Assembly: GCA_028534125.1 (NCBI GenBank)
Contig: CM052852.1
Location: 96,844,001-96,908,000, forward strand
Reading direction: 5' to 3'
DNA: 64,000 nucleotides
From: Lama glama
Taxonomy: Eukaryota
Positions within the stretch are counted from its first letter, which is position 1; the number at the start of each line of letters is the position of its first letter. Shown here in pieces: positions 1 to 16,945 of the stretch. A program made the translations under genes and the position numbers. The notes below the pieces were generated by a model, which saw only the letters and a list, made by a program, of their open reading frames with translations, was not told the origin of the DNA and did not search any database.

Positions 1-1599
1 TTTAAGAACTGAGGTTAGAAGGCGACATTTCTCAAAAACTTGAAGGAGGTGAGAGAGCCTTCCTGGAGAGGGAATGGCCAGCACCAAGGCCAGTGTGGCC
101 GGAGGAGAGGGAGGAGGTGAGATGGGCACCCCAGGAAGGGCTGTGAGCGGGAGAGAACCCCGGTAGGAGGTGGCCTCTTTCTGTCCAGGTTAGCCTCCAT
201 CCCCGCCCGAGTGCAGGGCCTGGAGACGCCAGTGGCAGGGTGGCTCCTTGGAGGGTTTTGCTGGGCCAGACAGCACGGAGGGCCCTGGGATGACCTGTGA
301 CAGCACCCAGAGCAGACCTCGGCTCTGAGCTGAGGCTGGACTCCCTGGGTGCTGGGTCCTTGGGCCTTTCCAGAAGGTGACAGGTGACACAGGGAAGCCT
401 GTGGCAGCTGAGAGGAGGCAGCTGGGGATTTGAGTTGCCAAACCCCAGAGGAAGTTCCACCAGGAAGGGAGAAGCTCGACCCTGGTGGTTCTGCGTGTCC
501 CTCTTGGTGGGCGAGAGAGCCCCAGTTCCTGATCCAGCTTGAGTGGGCTGGCTAAATGCCTTCCCTGTTGTTGTTTATTTGTTTGTTTTCCGTTTTCTTT
601 TTCTGGGGAAATAGCCCCATCTCGTGGTCTTCCGAGGACATCAGCACTGAAGCCCACTGGAGGCTTCTCCCTTTGTGGGGGCCACGCTGCTCTCCCCAGG
701 CTGCTCCCCACCTCCTCCTGGTGCCTCGGCACAGACGCAGCCGCACCTCGGCCAGGCTCAGCGAGCGGGATGGGAGTCTGCTCCCTTCCCTGAGGTGGAC
801 CAGCCCGGGGTAGGCACCCGGTTCCCCAGGGTGAAGGAGGCTCCTCAGGCTCTTGCCCCAAGTGCGGCAATTTGATGGACTCTTGTCTGCCCTGTGTGCC
901 CAGTGTCCTGTTTCGGGGAAACCTGAGCTTCGGGGCCTGGAATCATCCTGCAACCTCTCCTCTGCTCTGGAGGCCCACCGAGGTCAAAGGGGTCTTAGGA
1001 GAAGCCACTCTCCAATTCTGCAGGCTCCTTCCATAGTCTTCCTTGCATTCCTGCTTGGGAGTGTCGCCCTATTTCCACCTGGGGGCTGCCTGGCATTAGG
1101 GTTTGTGCGGGCTTGTCATGTGTCATTCCAGGATTTGAAATTATGCTGACGTCGGGCACTAGGTCTGAAGGATGGACACTGCTGTGTGTGACCATTCACG
1201 TGGCTGGTGCCTCCAATGTGCCTTATGGTTTGAACTTCAACGTTGGTCTCTGTCTGCGGGTGAAAACTGTCCGTGATGTTTCTCTCAGGCGGTCACCACT
1301 CAACAGTGTCTTCTCTCTTGAGGGCTTGCTCCCCAGCATGTCTTGGTGTGGGGGATTAGACAGAACGCCTTTTCCTTTCAGCTTTTCTGTGTTGTCCAAA
1401 ATGGATGGTGACCTGGCAGTACAGTCATGATAGGAAAAAAATAAGCTTGTGATGTGTTTCCAAACAATTTGCTGCTCGTCTGAAAACCCTTGCTATTAAC
1501 AGTATTCTCAGCGCTCCCTATACCTTTAACTTGTGCAGGTCTCCCAGTGACTGACGGTGTGTCCCAGTGAAACCTAGGTGCCCTGTGGACATCAGAACG

Positions 1600-2335
1600 A
1601 TTACTTGACAGCAATATTAAGTATATTTGCAAAGTTGTGCGACCATCACCACGATCTATTTCCAAAACATTTTTATCGCCCAGAAAAGAAACCCCATCCT
1701 CATGAAGCCCCAACTCAACCCAACTCCAACCCCTGGCACCCACCAATCTGCTCTCTGAATCTCTGGGGCTGTCCCTAGTTGTCTGGAACCTGGACCTAGA
1801 CTGGGAGACCCCGATAAGAGGGGAATGGGGGTAATGGCCCCAGAGGGAGGGGCCCTCATAAGGGAGATGGGTGGGGTGGGGACTTAGCAAACTGCCTTAG
1901 AAGGGCCAAAAGAAGAGTTTTTAATAATAACTTCAAAACCAGGTCAAGAAAGCTCTTGTGAAATATTATATTACATCATGTAAATAGAATCATGCAGTAT
2001 GTAGCCTTTCATGTCTGTACCTGGCTTTTTTCCCTTAGCATCCGGTCCCCAGGTTCATCCACATGGTAGCGTAGACCAGTATTTCATTCCTCTTTGTGGC
2101 CAAATGATACTCTGTCATGTGTCTAGACTGTGGCTTGTTATCCATTCTTCAGTTGATGGACATGTGGGTTGTTTCCACCTTTTGGCAACTGTGAATTGTG
2201 CTGCAATTGATTAACACGGGTGGACACGTTTTTGCCAGAACACCTGTTTTCAGTGCATATACCCAGGGGTGAAACTGCTGGGTCATAGAAAAACTATGTT
2301 TCCTGACTAAGGAACCACCAGACTATTTTAAACCC
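1600..2335 (-). mobile_element. L1M (L1MB-like) 3' fragment, interrupted at about 1790-1975
   Basis: Typical antisense L1 3' UTR text (tccattcttcagttgatggacat..ttccaccttttggc). Confidence 0.75.
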
Positions 2336-3630
2336 TTCTCACTCTGAACACTGTCAAGCAGACAGACAGGTGCAGAGAATAGTCCAGCCACGCCCAGGGG
2401 CCCTCCCGCCCGGGTTCGCAGTGGCCTCCTGCTCCCGCTTGCTTTATTTTCTTGTTTCTCTCTCTCTCCCTCTCTCTCCTTCTCGCTTTCTTTTGTTTTC
2501 TTGAAATATTTTAAAGTAACTTCAGGCACCATTTTCTCTGCAAAGAGTTCAAAGCGTGTCTCTTGAGAAGGACACTGCTTCCCTGACCCGGCGCCACTAC
2601 CCATTCCACACATGGGCAGCAGTGGCCCTGCTGTCACCCCTCTACCACTCCCCAATGCCTTTGACCCCTCGTTTGTTCACAAAAGCATCTCACCAAGGAT
2701 TCCCCTTCCACTTGGCTGTTGGCCCCTTAAATCTCTTTTTATCTGAAACAGTCTCCCTCCTCAGCCTCCTCTTTTCCCTGTGACACTGATTTACAGAGGA
2801 GACCAGGGAACAGCCGACCTTCAGGATAAGGCTGGTTGCTTCCTTGTCGTGTCTTTAGCTGGTCCCTCTGTCCACCAGGTCCTCTATAAACTGGAAGTTG
2901 GGTCCCAAGGCTGTAGTAGAGACAGGTCAGGCTCTGGCAAGAGCCCCCCTGGGCATCATCACAGTGGGGACACCCCACGTCTGCCTCACCATCAGGCCCG
3001 CTTCCTCTCGTGGCCAGCAGTAAGCCAAGAAGGCGTTTTGACATCACGTAGATGGTCTTTCTCCCTCGGCCTTTCACCTAATGGCTTTAGCATCCATTTG
3101 GCCTTAAGGGACTCTTTCTCTCTGATGAGTATAAACTTCTTCACCAGACATGCATTTGTCTGTTTATTCTGCTAAGGCACTGGCAGGGGAGTGGAGGGGA
3201 AACAGCAGAGCCGCTGCTGCCCATGTGTTGAATGGAGCTGTTAAGTGACAGCTCATAATGGTGACAAGGGAATTTCTGGATATGTAAATTGCTCCGGGAC
3301 CTCACCCCTTCACCCCCTCTCCTGCTGTGGTGCCCACGTGTCAGAAGCACCCCCACTCCCATGTCATGGTCTCCAGTGGGCAGAGATAACATCCTTGGAG
3401 CAAGTTCCCTTTTTGCAGCCCTGTCTTCTGGCATCAAGAACGGATGCAGAGAAATCTGATTCTGTCCACTTTGTCAGTGACGTGCTCTTCCTGCTTGAGA
3501 GAGCAGAAGGAAATGAGAAACAGAGCCCGTCGAGAGCCTGGCTTGGCGGGCCTAGCACGGGGAGAGGGTGTATATTTGTCCAGTGGGCCTTGCGTGGCAA
3601 GGAGAGGGGACAGAAGCTCAGCTAGGCAGA

Positions 3631-3715
3631 GTGTTATGGGCTGCATTGCATCCCCCCCTCAAAAGATAAGCTAAAGTCCTGTCCCCCAACATCTGGGAAT
3701 GGGACCTTATCTGGG
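3631..3715 (+). mobile_element. MLT1 (ERVL-MaLR) LTR 5' fragment
   Basis: tgttatgggctg..cccc..aaaagat..aagtcct..accttat pattern. Confidence 0.55.
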
Positions 3716-3790
3716 TGATGTCACACTTAGCGGGTGGACTCAGCTCACCCCTGGCTCTTCCCACCCCCTTAGCATCTCCGTGGCCCTGCG

Positions 3791-6894
<3,104 letters not shown>

Positions 6895-9209
6895 TGGGCT
6901 GCTCCGCGGGAGGGCCAGGTTCAAAACGAGGGGCCTCCCGCCCCCTTCCATTGGCTAGTTGGTGATGCAATTGAGGCACAGGGACTAGTCCTGGTGTGCG
7001 CGCTTGTGTGTGTATTCCACATGGGAGCTGCTGAAAGTGCTCTTGCCCCATGCAAGTGGGGACTGCCTGCTGGGGGTGGGAGGGAGCCCAGCCTGGGAGC
7101 GTGCCTTGACTTGGGGAAGAGTGGTCCATCTCCTCTCGTGGGGTTGTTCGCTTCACCCCAAGATTTGTGAGTGTTTCCAGGTAGAAGACACTGAAAGCAC
7201 TTTAATTCTTTAAGAGCCTATAAATGGAAGAGACCAGAGGGACTTCAGAATTGAGGGCTGTACAATTCGACTGTGACTTGACTGTGACATCACCTAAAAT
7301 TCATCAAGAAATGATCTGGAGAAGGACTCGGGCAGCTGTGCTCACTAGTGGACTGCTTGCTTACACTGGTCAGCCTGCAGGGAGTGGTGTCTCCCTGGAA
7401 GGAGGGCACGTGACCCCCTACTGTTGCGTGGAGCAGTGGTCCATTCGTTTTCCAGGCCATTCATCCTTGTGCCTGAAAGTCTCCACCTTCCTTGGGTGTC
7501 CCCAGCTGCTGCTTGGAGGAGCAGCACCTGGGCCCCATCTTCTCAGAGCTCTAGGAAGTTCTAGGGGATGGTTAGCCTGGGCCCTGATGAGAGAATGAGG
7601 CCTGGGGACTCTTGCCTTCTCCTCCCCAAGAGGAACCCATTGGCTCTGGACCCGCACAGGAGTGGGCTCCAGGCCAGACGTGGAAGCCTGGCAACACCTG
7701 CCTCCAGCTGCCCTGCTGCCTTTGGTCCCCTCCATGCCCACCGGGCTGGGGGCTCTCTGCTGCCTTCAGACCCTGTCTGCAGAGGCCACGCCCCTCTCTG
7801 CCTGTCCCCACCACCCTCAGTGCCTCCAGCTTCAAACTTAGCTGCTCCCCCTCTGGCAGCCGCCCCTTGTGGCTGGTGCCTTCAGGAGGGAAGCAGGACC
7901 CATTCAAAATTTGCACAGAGCGGAGGCGCAGTGGTTTTCGTGCCTCAGCTCTGTCTGTCATGTGACATTTCTGAACCCATCGGAGGTTCTGTCGCTTCGA
8001 ATGTTTTTGCGTGCAGGGATAATACAAGTCGAAGATAGAGATGTTTGCCATATGAGAGTGTCAGGGAACCACTCCTGAAATGAGAGTCCCCCAACCCTCC
8101 GAGAAGGCCTCAGGAAGGAGAAGGGAGGCCTTTCCAGGTCCAACACCCTGCAGCGGGCTGCAGGCAGCCCCTCTTCTCACGCCTCCCCTCACCCCCGAGC
8201 CCCAGGTAGACAGCGTGGGCCCTTACAAACTTCACTGTAAGCAAAGGGAGACTCGCCAGCAGAGAGCTGATGCTGGGGGTGGGGCGTGCAGGCTGGCAAT
8301 GTCTGGCAAGCTCCGTCCTGCTCCACCCACGCTGTCCGCAGAGCTGGGACCAAGGGTTTTGCCCCTTGCTGTTCTCAGTCCAGCGTCCTGATTGGCTCTC
8401 CAGCTCCTCCGAGCCCTCCTCACTGCCTGGGACTCTGGCTCTGTCGTCCGGACAGCCCCCGGGCAGCCAGGTGGCAGGTGTGCTGCAGGCCTCCTGCTGG
8501 GCACAGACAGGGTGGGTCAGAGACCATCTAGAGAGGGTGGAAGACTCCGAAATACAGGGTTCCTCCTGCGCCTGCTGCTTGGAGCTCCAGCTGCTTGGAT
8601 AACTCCAAAAGAGAGATAGAGATTAGATATAGTTATAGAAGTTATATATAGAGGTGGGGGGAGAGAAATGATTTTATGCACCTGTGACTCATGGGAAATT
8701 CTAGAGTTGTTGCAACTCGCTCTTATTTTATAGCTTCCTTCTGCTCTGTGTGACCCGTGCGTCTTTGAGCCCAGTCCTCTGCGCTTAATGAATACTTGGG
8801 AAGTCACTACTGCCCCCGAGCACATTGCACTCAGGTCTAGGCCATAGTCAGCTCCAGCCTTACCTGAATATCTGCAACTTTGCGTTTTCCAGTAGAAGGG
8901 GAAGAGTTAGGAACAGTGCCTTTGGAATCCATGGCGAGGTCCCTGGGAAGCGCATGCTTACTGAAGCACAGACACTCTTTGCTAAGGCAGCAGGAGACAG
9001 CCCCATGCAGGGCAGGGGACAGTGGCCAGAGCCATGCACTTGGGCTGCTGTCTCATTTTTGCTCAGCCGTGGCCTGCCGGGGGTTTGGGCAGCAGTTGGT
9101 GCACAATGGGACCTGGGAAGAGCGCAGATCTGTGGACTCCGATGTCTGTTTCCATTGCTCTAGTAAGTGAAACACTTCACTCCTGCAGGCTAGTCAGTAA
9201 CCAACTTTT

Positions 9210-9215
9210 AATAAA
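9210..9215 (+). terminator. Candidate ZFP92 polyadenylation signal AATAAA
   Basis: First canonical AATAAA I found downstream of the stop codon (about 2.3 kb 3' UTR). Confidence 0.35.
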
Positions 9216-11199
9216 GAGTGGTATCTCCCCAGTATAACGTCATCCCATTGGTTCTACTGGATAAGCTAACTTGATTCTTTACCGCGAGCTCCTTTTTTTC
9301 ACCTTAGGACCCACACCCAAAGATGACCAGATGGGGGAGGGGAGGGGTAATGTCCAGATGTTTTCAGAAGAAAGTGCATGTGCCGGAGAGATGTCTGGCA
9401 CTTGTGCTCTGGTTTTGGGGTGTCCTGAAAAGATCCGGAATCCCCCAGTGCTCACCTAGATAAGTGACTTTTCTAATAGTAATGTATCTTTTGTTTGTCG
9501 ATTCTTGGTCTAATTTCACTCTTCTTTGTTAGATTTTCACTCTAAAGCAATTTTGAGTGTCATTTTCTTCTAGATCATGTGTGCAACAGGAACTGAATGG
9601 GTATGGCGTGAAATACAAGTCAAGAGAGTGTCCGGAAGAATGCTTGTGTGGTTCCTTCCCCAGTGCCTTGAAATCGGGCTCCACCACTGGCTTTTCTGAT
9701 GGACTGCTGGAGTGTAAAAGCTGAAACTACTGGGGGACATCCTGCCTGCTTTCCAGGCTCCATTCTGCCCAGCAACTTCCCTGGATGTCAGCCCCTTCAC
9801 ACCGCTGGACTGGCCTCCTGCCCCAGACACGATCCTGCAAGAGACTGGATCAGCCCATATGTAGCACCTTATTTGCCGTTTGAAACTTTGGCCACTTTTC
9901 TAAAGCTGTTTACATGCCATGACAGTATCTCCATGTAACGAGTAAACGCCCTGACCCAATTCATCTACTTTGCATGCAAACAAATAAGGAAGGTCTGAGT
10001 GTTGACCTTGGAATGAGCCTTCTGGTGGAGATGGCCTCTCCTGATGGTTTGAAGTAACCAGCCAGCAGTTGGGTGGAAAGTGTCAGGGAAGGCTGCACAC
10101 CCAGATGGTGAGGGCACGCCAAGAGGGTTATGTCTGGGTGCACTGTGGCCCCTGCGAAGGTGAGGTGGGAACTTGGGAGTCGAGCTGCACAGGGATCGAG
10201 CCACCCAAGGCTGCTGGGACACCATGACTCCGAGACCTGGCAGGGCAGAACGCCACATCAGCCCTCTGAAAACCACAGTCTGGATGGCGTCTTAGAACCT
10301 TTGCTTAGATGCCTGCAAGACTTGTTTTGTTTTGTGAAGCTGCCACGTGCCTTAAACAAAGAAATACGTAAGGGCTGTGCTTTCCAGGGAAGGAAAAAGC
10401 AGGCCTGTGAAGGGGGCTCTTGGAGGATTCTGTTACCATCGTCCCTGAACATTCTTAGCTTCTAAGGATGCCCCAGACAGAGGCAACTCTTCGTGAACCA
10501 TTCAGGAAGGGCCAGGACCCCACATCTTCACTCCCTTCCTCAGCAGGGAAGTGGGTGGACTACATGGCCGGCTTTCAGTTAGAGATGCTAAGTCTACATC
10601 TTGTTAGGTAGCAAAGTGTGACAAGCAGCGCCTCAAGGCCAGGGAAGGAGTAAGGACTGGGTGAACTCTCAAGACAGGAAGTAGAGGTCAAGGGGCTTCT
10701 GGTGGGGTGGAAGGAAGAACAGGGGGCATGTGGTGCATTGAGGAATCTGAGAACGACAGAGGACTGTCTGTAGGGAAGTCGTGGGGTAAAAAGCCATTAG
10801 AACCAGGGTGCAGAGAGCCAGGGATGCCAGACAAAGACGTTTGGTCTCTAGCTGGTTCCTGAAGAGGAGCATTTTTTAAAACATAGAAATATTGTAAGAT
10901 CAAGGAAGAGAAGTCGATGCAAATGATAACTGTTGGAGTGTGTGAATTTACACATAGATGGCCACCAAGTTTTCACACCATAGCCATCTAGAGCGTTCTG
11001 ATGCTTGTGGGTGTTGACCTGTGGGAATGGGTGACAGCAGTCCGCCACCCAGGATACTTTCACATGAGCAGCCTTAACTGACATTCTTGGGAACCCCCAC
11101 TCACCCTGGTACTTACCTAAACCATCTGGTTTCCTCTTATGCTACCACCAGTGTGTCTGTGACTTCAGTCCTTTTGAAGACTGCTGATTCTTCATCTTC

Positions 11200-12860
11200 C
11201 TTGACAGCCTTATAGAGGTATAATTTTCACACAAGAAACTGCACATACTTAAAGTGTACAACTGGATGAGTTTTGACGGGCATCCACCTCTAAAACCATC
11301 ACAGCAATGGACATGGTGAACATACATCCATCGCCCCCGGAAGTTACCTTGTCCTGCCAGCGGTCCCTCCTCCCTGCCCCCTCCTCCCCCACACCCCAAC
11401 AGCCACTGCTGACTGTAAGTGAGTCTGTGTTCCCTAGAACTCTGTGTAAATGGAGTCCTGCAGTGCGCACTCTTTCCCCGGCCGCACACTCAGTGGCATG
11501 CTTTTGATGTTCACCCAGGTTGTCGTGTGCATCTCGAGCCTTCATTTTCTCTTGCTGAGGACTATTCCATCGTCTGGATGGACCACAATACCTGTTTAAG
11601 ACCTGTTTGTGGACATTTGGGTTGTTTCCAGTTGGGGGCCGTGACAAATAAAGCTGCTATGAACATTCGTATGCAGGTTTTTGTGTGGATAGATGTTTTC
11701 CTTTTTCCTGGGTCTCTGGCTAAGAGTGGGATGGCCAGTTCATGTACTCTATCTTGAACTATTTGAGGACCTGAAAACCTGTTTCCTGAAGCATTTGCAC
11801 CATTTTACATTCCCCCCAGCAGGGTAACAGGGGGGGTCCAATTTTCCACATCCTCCCCAACACATGTTCTTGTCCATAGTTTTGACTCCAGCCATCCTCG
11901 TGGGCGTGAAGCAGGATCTCATTGTGGCTGTGATTTGCACTTCCCTGAGGATGAATGATGTTGAGCACCTTTTCATGTCCTTGTCAGCCTTTCATACATC
12001 TTCCACTTTTTAACTGGGTTGTCTTATTGTTTAGTTGTGAGAGTTCTAGATACAAGTCCTTTGTCAGATACATGTTCTGAGAATATTTACTTCCAGAGTC
12101 TGGCTTGCCTGTCCATTTTTACATCTGTTTTTTGATAAGCACAAGTGGTTTTATCTCGATGAAGTCCAATTGATGGATTTTTAAATTTTATACTTTGAAC
12201 TCTTCATCTCAGAGTTAAGAAATCTTTGCAAAACTCGAGTCACTAAGATTTCCTTTTCTGTCTTCTCATAAAAGTTGCATAGTCTTAGCTTCTACATTTA
12301 CCTGACATGAGCCGCTGGAGTTAATTTTTGTGTCTGATGTGAGGCGAATTCCAAGTTCATTTTTTTCCTATAGTCATATTCAGCTTTCCCAGAATCGTCT
12401 GTTGACAAGACAATCTTTCCCTCGGCACCTTTGCTGCCCGTCAGTCGGCCACGCAGGTGAGTCTGCTTCTAGGGTCCTGCTGCTTCTCCCCCAGTCGGCT
12501 TGTCCGTCTTTCTGCCAATGTCACACTTGATCTCTGTGACTTTGTAATAAGTCTTGAAATCGGGGAGCCTGAGTTCTCTGGTGTGGTTCTTTTTCAAAAT
12601 CATTTTGTCTATCCTAAGTGTGTCACGTTTCCATATGAGTTTTAGAATTCTTTGTCAGTTTCTATGGAGGGAAAAAAAAGCCTGCTGGGACTTTTGATTG
12701 GGACCACATTGAATCTATCAATCATTTGGGGGGAGTAGTGACATCTGAACAATATCGAGCCTTTCAGTCCATGAACATAGCTCTTCATTTGGGGGACCTT
12801 CTCTAATTCCTCTCAGTGATGGGTTGTGGATTCAGTGTCCAGACCTGGCACATGTTTTGT
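11200..12860 (-). mobile_element. L1M 3' region (ORF2 end + 3' UTR)
   Basis: Antisense L1 motifs; minus ORF 11749..11976 MKRCSTSFILREVQITATMR resembles the L1 ORF2 C-terminus. Confidence 0.85.
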
Positions 12861-13479
12861 CAGATTTATCACTACAGGCAATTATTGATCTCAAGGTTAT
12901 TGTTTGTTGAAACATCCTTGGTAACCTGGCATTCTTGGGTAGTCACTCCTTCCTTCCACAGACACACATTGGACATACGGCCATGTGTTGGGATGTGAGG
13001 ATGAGGGAGATGCATCCATGATCAGGAGTGAGCATATGATTGTTCCTTTGACGTCTTTGTTTACCCGGCCCACATTTGGTAATGGCCTAAACCACAACAC
13101 AATGCAGAGCACCCATGTTCATGGCTATAAGAACTTAACCACTATTCCAAAAACTTTTTCTGGCAAAATCTTCTAACAGAAAAACAGAATCAAACCAAAA
13201 CGAGTCAGATTTCAATTAATTTTTGGTCTTTTTCCAGTGAACATATTCCTCACTTAATACATAATACACTTTCCTTCCCTAGTCTGGCTAATTAAGTGGG
13301 GACAAGGTGAGAGAAGGGAGAGGAAGCTAGATGGGCAGAGAAGGGATGGGGAGAGAAGGACAAAGCTGGGAAGACGAAAGGACAGTTGAGAGGCAGAGTA
13401 GCCCTGCAGTGATTGAATACTTGAGGAGAAAACGGCTTGGTTATCACCTCAGATTACAGGAGTGGGACGGAGGAACAAA

Positions 13480-13870
13480 TAAACATAGTGTACCAGGAAA
13501 GTGGCCACAAGTAATAGGAAACCTGACTTAGGTGGATAAATAATTAGAGGTTTAATTTTCTCACCTGAGGATTCTTACGGCATCCCTCTAATTAGCTTAG
13601 CATTTCCTCATGATCATGATGATGGCTGCTGAAGTTCCAGCCATCACATATGCATTCGGGAATAGAAGGAGGGAGGGCCAAGGACAACAGCGTCTCTACC
13701 CTTTTATGAAGAAAGCAACAATTTGCCCAGAAACTTGCCCAGGAGACTTCTATATAGGTCTCAACCAGGAGTGGATCGCATGGGCACTCATAGCTGGAAG
13801 AGAGGCTGAGAAAGTAGGGCACAGGATTGTCATGACTTGTCAACTGAGGCTGAGCCCACTAAAGCCCTGG
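13480..13870 (-). mobile_element. Old MLT1 (J/K/L-like) LTR
   Basis: gatggctgctgaagttccagccatcacat motif. Confidence 0.45.
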
Positions 13871-13917
13871 AAAAAATTGGAGTCTTATCCCCAGGGGAAA
13901 ATGTTGGAATGGATATT

Positions 13918-14035
13918 GTGTGGTGTTATCAATTGAATTGTGTCCCCCACCAAAAGACGTGTTGAAGTCCTAACTCACATTACCTCAGAAGGTGAGCTTG
14001 TTTGAAAGATGTAACTAGTTAAGAGGACTCCACTG
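13918..14035 (+). mobile_element. MLT1 LTR fragment
   Basis: ttgaattgtgtccccc..aaaagac..gttgaagtcctaac. Confidence 0.65.
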
Positions 14036-14134
14036 GACTGGCAGGGGGTGGAGGCCTTCATCCAGTATAACTGGCCCCTCCCCAGGTGCCCAGGCTCTGC
14101 ACCTTCATGTGCACACTCTCACCACTGAGATGGG

Positions 14135-14270
14135 TACCATCCTGACCCCTGTTTATAGAAAGGAAACTGAGGCTGAGAGACAAGAAGGAACTGTCCAAGG
14201 TCTCACTGCTGGACAGTGACAGATTCTTGCCCAGATCCTGAGACCCCAGCATCATAGCTCTTTCTGCTCC
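14135..14270 (-). mobile_element. MIR SINE
   Basis: aggaaactgaggctgagaga..tccaaggtc core. Confidence 0.65.
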
Positions 14271-14704
14271 AGCAACTGTGTCCCCCAAACTAGAGGGAAT
14301 TCAGCTGGCTTTCCCACTGGTGCATGGTCCCTTACACTTGCCATAGCTGAAGATAAAATCACATCAAAGTAGACTTAATTTTCTGAAAGGTATTTTACAA
14401 AAGAAAAACACTGTTGAGTCCTGTTTAATGAAATTAAAAAAAAAGTTTGACTTAAAAAAAATAACCACCAAACCTTCGAGTCAGTCCAGGTTCTCAGCTG
14501 GTCAGACTCTCCTGCAAGCTGGGGACTGGGGCCCAGGAGCAGTGCCAGCAGCACTTTCCTCCGTCAGATGCCGAGTGCCTCAGTTCCTTCCTTATAATAA
14601 AGGTGAGAAAAGCCTTCTTCAGTCCAGTGAACAGACTCACCCTGGGAGAGCTCTCTGGGCCAGGCCCTGGGCTGGGTTCTGGGGCTCAGCAGTGAGTGAG
14701 GAGC

Positions 14705-14860
14705 CTCCTCCTCTGTATGTATCTCTCCTTGTCTGTCCCTTATAAGGACACCTGTCACTGGATTTAGGGCCCATGCAGGTCATCCAGGATGACCTCATCT
14801 CCAGATTTTCAATGTTATTATATCTGCAGAGACCGTTTCTCCAAACAAAGTCACATTCCC
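14705..14860 (-). mobile_element. MLT1C-like LTR fragment
   Basis: cttataaggacacc..ggatttagggccc..atccaggatgacctcatctc. Confidence 0.7.
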
Positions 14861-15849
14861 TGGGCCCAGGGAGGTAACGTGCTGATCACAGAGCTGAGGA
14901 ACAGGGTGGGTTGGGGCAGCACCCAGGCTCTCCCACAGCCAAGTCTGTGCGCGTCACCAAGACCCGAGGCTCTTTTCCTCCCGACAGTTGGGTCCCTCTC
15001 CCTTCCTCACCCGCCCCTCTGCCACGGGGCCAGGGCCAGAGGAGCACACGGAGGGGAGAGGGCAGCGATTCCTTGCTCTTTCTCCTTTTTGTCCACGAGC
15101 AGGATGTCCAGGGGATGTTCAGGTTCTCCACCTGAGGCGCCCTGCTGGGCAGGTGAAATACCCTACTTCTTCGAGCCGCCAGGGTCAGAGTGAGTGAGTG
15201 AGCAGAGGTTTCTAGCCTTCTACTGGCCAGCCTGATCCCAGATTGCTGGACCTCCAGCTTTCCTGCCTCCTCCCACATCCTTCTGCCTGTTCCGCTGGCC
15301 CTCCTTCCCAGCCACCGTCATCAGCCCCCCATCCCATAGCACAGCCGAGGTGGATGGGGTCCACTTACCACTTCGGGTGACAATGCCACGTTAGACCTTC
15401 CTAAAAAGGTCCCATCCCAGGAAGCCTTACCTGCAGGCTCGCCAAGAACACTTCCCTTCCCAAGAATCCTATTTTTGCTGGGCTTGGTGGTAGTGCAAAG
15501 AGGCGGATAGGTGACAGGGAAGCCGTCTGAAGCAGGGACAATCCACCTGGGGCCTGTGACAGGCCACGTGTGGGGTGTACACAGGACACTGAGCCCTTTG
15601 CCCAGCAGAGAGTTGCCTGAGTGATGGAGAGTCCAGGCAACTCACAGGACATCCGAGTCCTAAAGGGCAGCCTGTGAGAATCCACAGGGACACTGTGCAG
15701 CCTTCAGTGGGAGCTCACCCTTCACTGGCCCAAGAACCTGAGCACCGGCTCAGCGATGCAGGAGCATTTCCGGCAGTGGAGAGACCGTGGGAAAGCTGCA
15801 GCCCAGCTGTTGGAAGGAAACCTTTCTCCCATCCCTTTCTTTAGAGCAC

Positions 15850-16100
15850 TTGGGTGAGAAACTGCCCCTTTGTGAATCCCTGCTCTGGCCCTTTGAGATG
15901 TATGTAAATCTTTGTCAACCTAAATAAGCCTCCTGCCAGACTTACAGCCCAGGAAGGTTCTTTTTAAGGGCCCCAGAGTCAACTTTTTGAAACGCAAACC
16001 TCCAGGAAGGGACCCTAGCTCCCGCTGCAGGCAGAGAGAAAGCTTTCATTGTCTTGAGGATAAAGGCAATTCACAAACACAGATGGCCATCCTGATTAGC
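15850..16100 (+). mobile_element. ERV1 LTR fragment (MER34/MER39-like)
   Basis: ccctttgagatgtatgtaaatc..ttgaaacgcaaac..aggaagg motif. Confidence 0.5.
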
Positions 16101-16699
16101 CGGTGAATTTGCCATGAGCTCGCTCATGAGCTCAAGTGGGCGATCTTGGGCAGTCCTGCCTTCCCAGCAGGCCAAGGTTTCCTTCTGGCTTCGCAATCTC
16201 ATGACAGACGGCCTGAGATGGGCATGAAGGGCAGATGGGTTCACAGCTTATTCAATAGTGAAGCTGTTTGCTTTCTGGCCCACTTTGCGGAGAGGACTCC
16301 GGGGTGGCAGCGTCCAGGGGGAGAGGGAGGTCATGGATCTGTCCTACTTAAGAGACCCCAGCTGCTGGGTTAATTCTGTGCAGGTTTTTGTGTACCAATT
16401 ATACCTCAATAAAGTTCAGGAAAATAAAAGTAAATTTGAAAATAAATTTTAAATAAAAGAGAGGTCCTTGGGATGCTAACCAGGAGACAATAAAGAAGGA
16501 GTAGAGTCAGGATGGAAACAAGATAACACGTGATTGAACACCCTCTGAGAGAACAAAGGCTCCCCCATCTACACAGTAGGTTGGCTCACCAAGCTTCAAG
16601 ACCCAGGCATGCCCTAATGAACATTCTGGAGATCCCAGGAAGACAAGAACATCTTGGAAGATTCTGAACAAAAGGAACCAGCCATAGCTGAAATGGATC

Positions 16700-16945
16700 A
16701 TCAACTAAAAACAAAGCACAGCGTAAAAGTTGAGAATTGTTTTCTTCGGGGACATTACTATACTTCGGGACACAGACTCTCACATCAAAAGCTTACTGCT
16801 AATCATGAAAACCAGACCTCTCAAGTTAATGAATTAAGTGCTTCTCTATATATGGGAAGACACAAGAGCCTGGGCTCATTGAAATCATTCCTTTGATACA
16901 AATCTTAACTCTCTAGGGCCAGTATCCTGTTCTTCTCCATCCTGA
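16700..16945 (-). mobile_element. Laurasiatherian ERV1 (MER41-like) LTR fragment
   Basis: gttgagaatt..aaccagacctctcaagtt..tatgggaaga..ctgggctcattgaaatcattcctttgat. Confidence 0.55.

Noticed and set aside
690-815. Possible ZFP92 non-coding first exon (mild CpG enrichment, GGG|gtaggc donor)
   Set aside because: Signals too weak to call without transcript data
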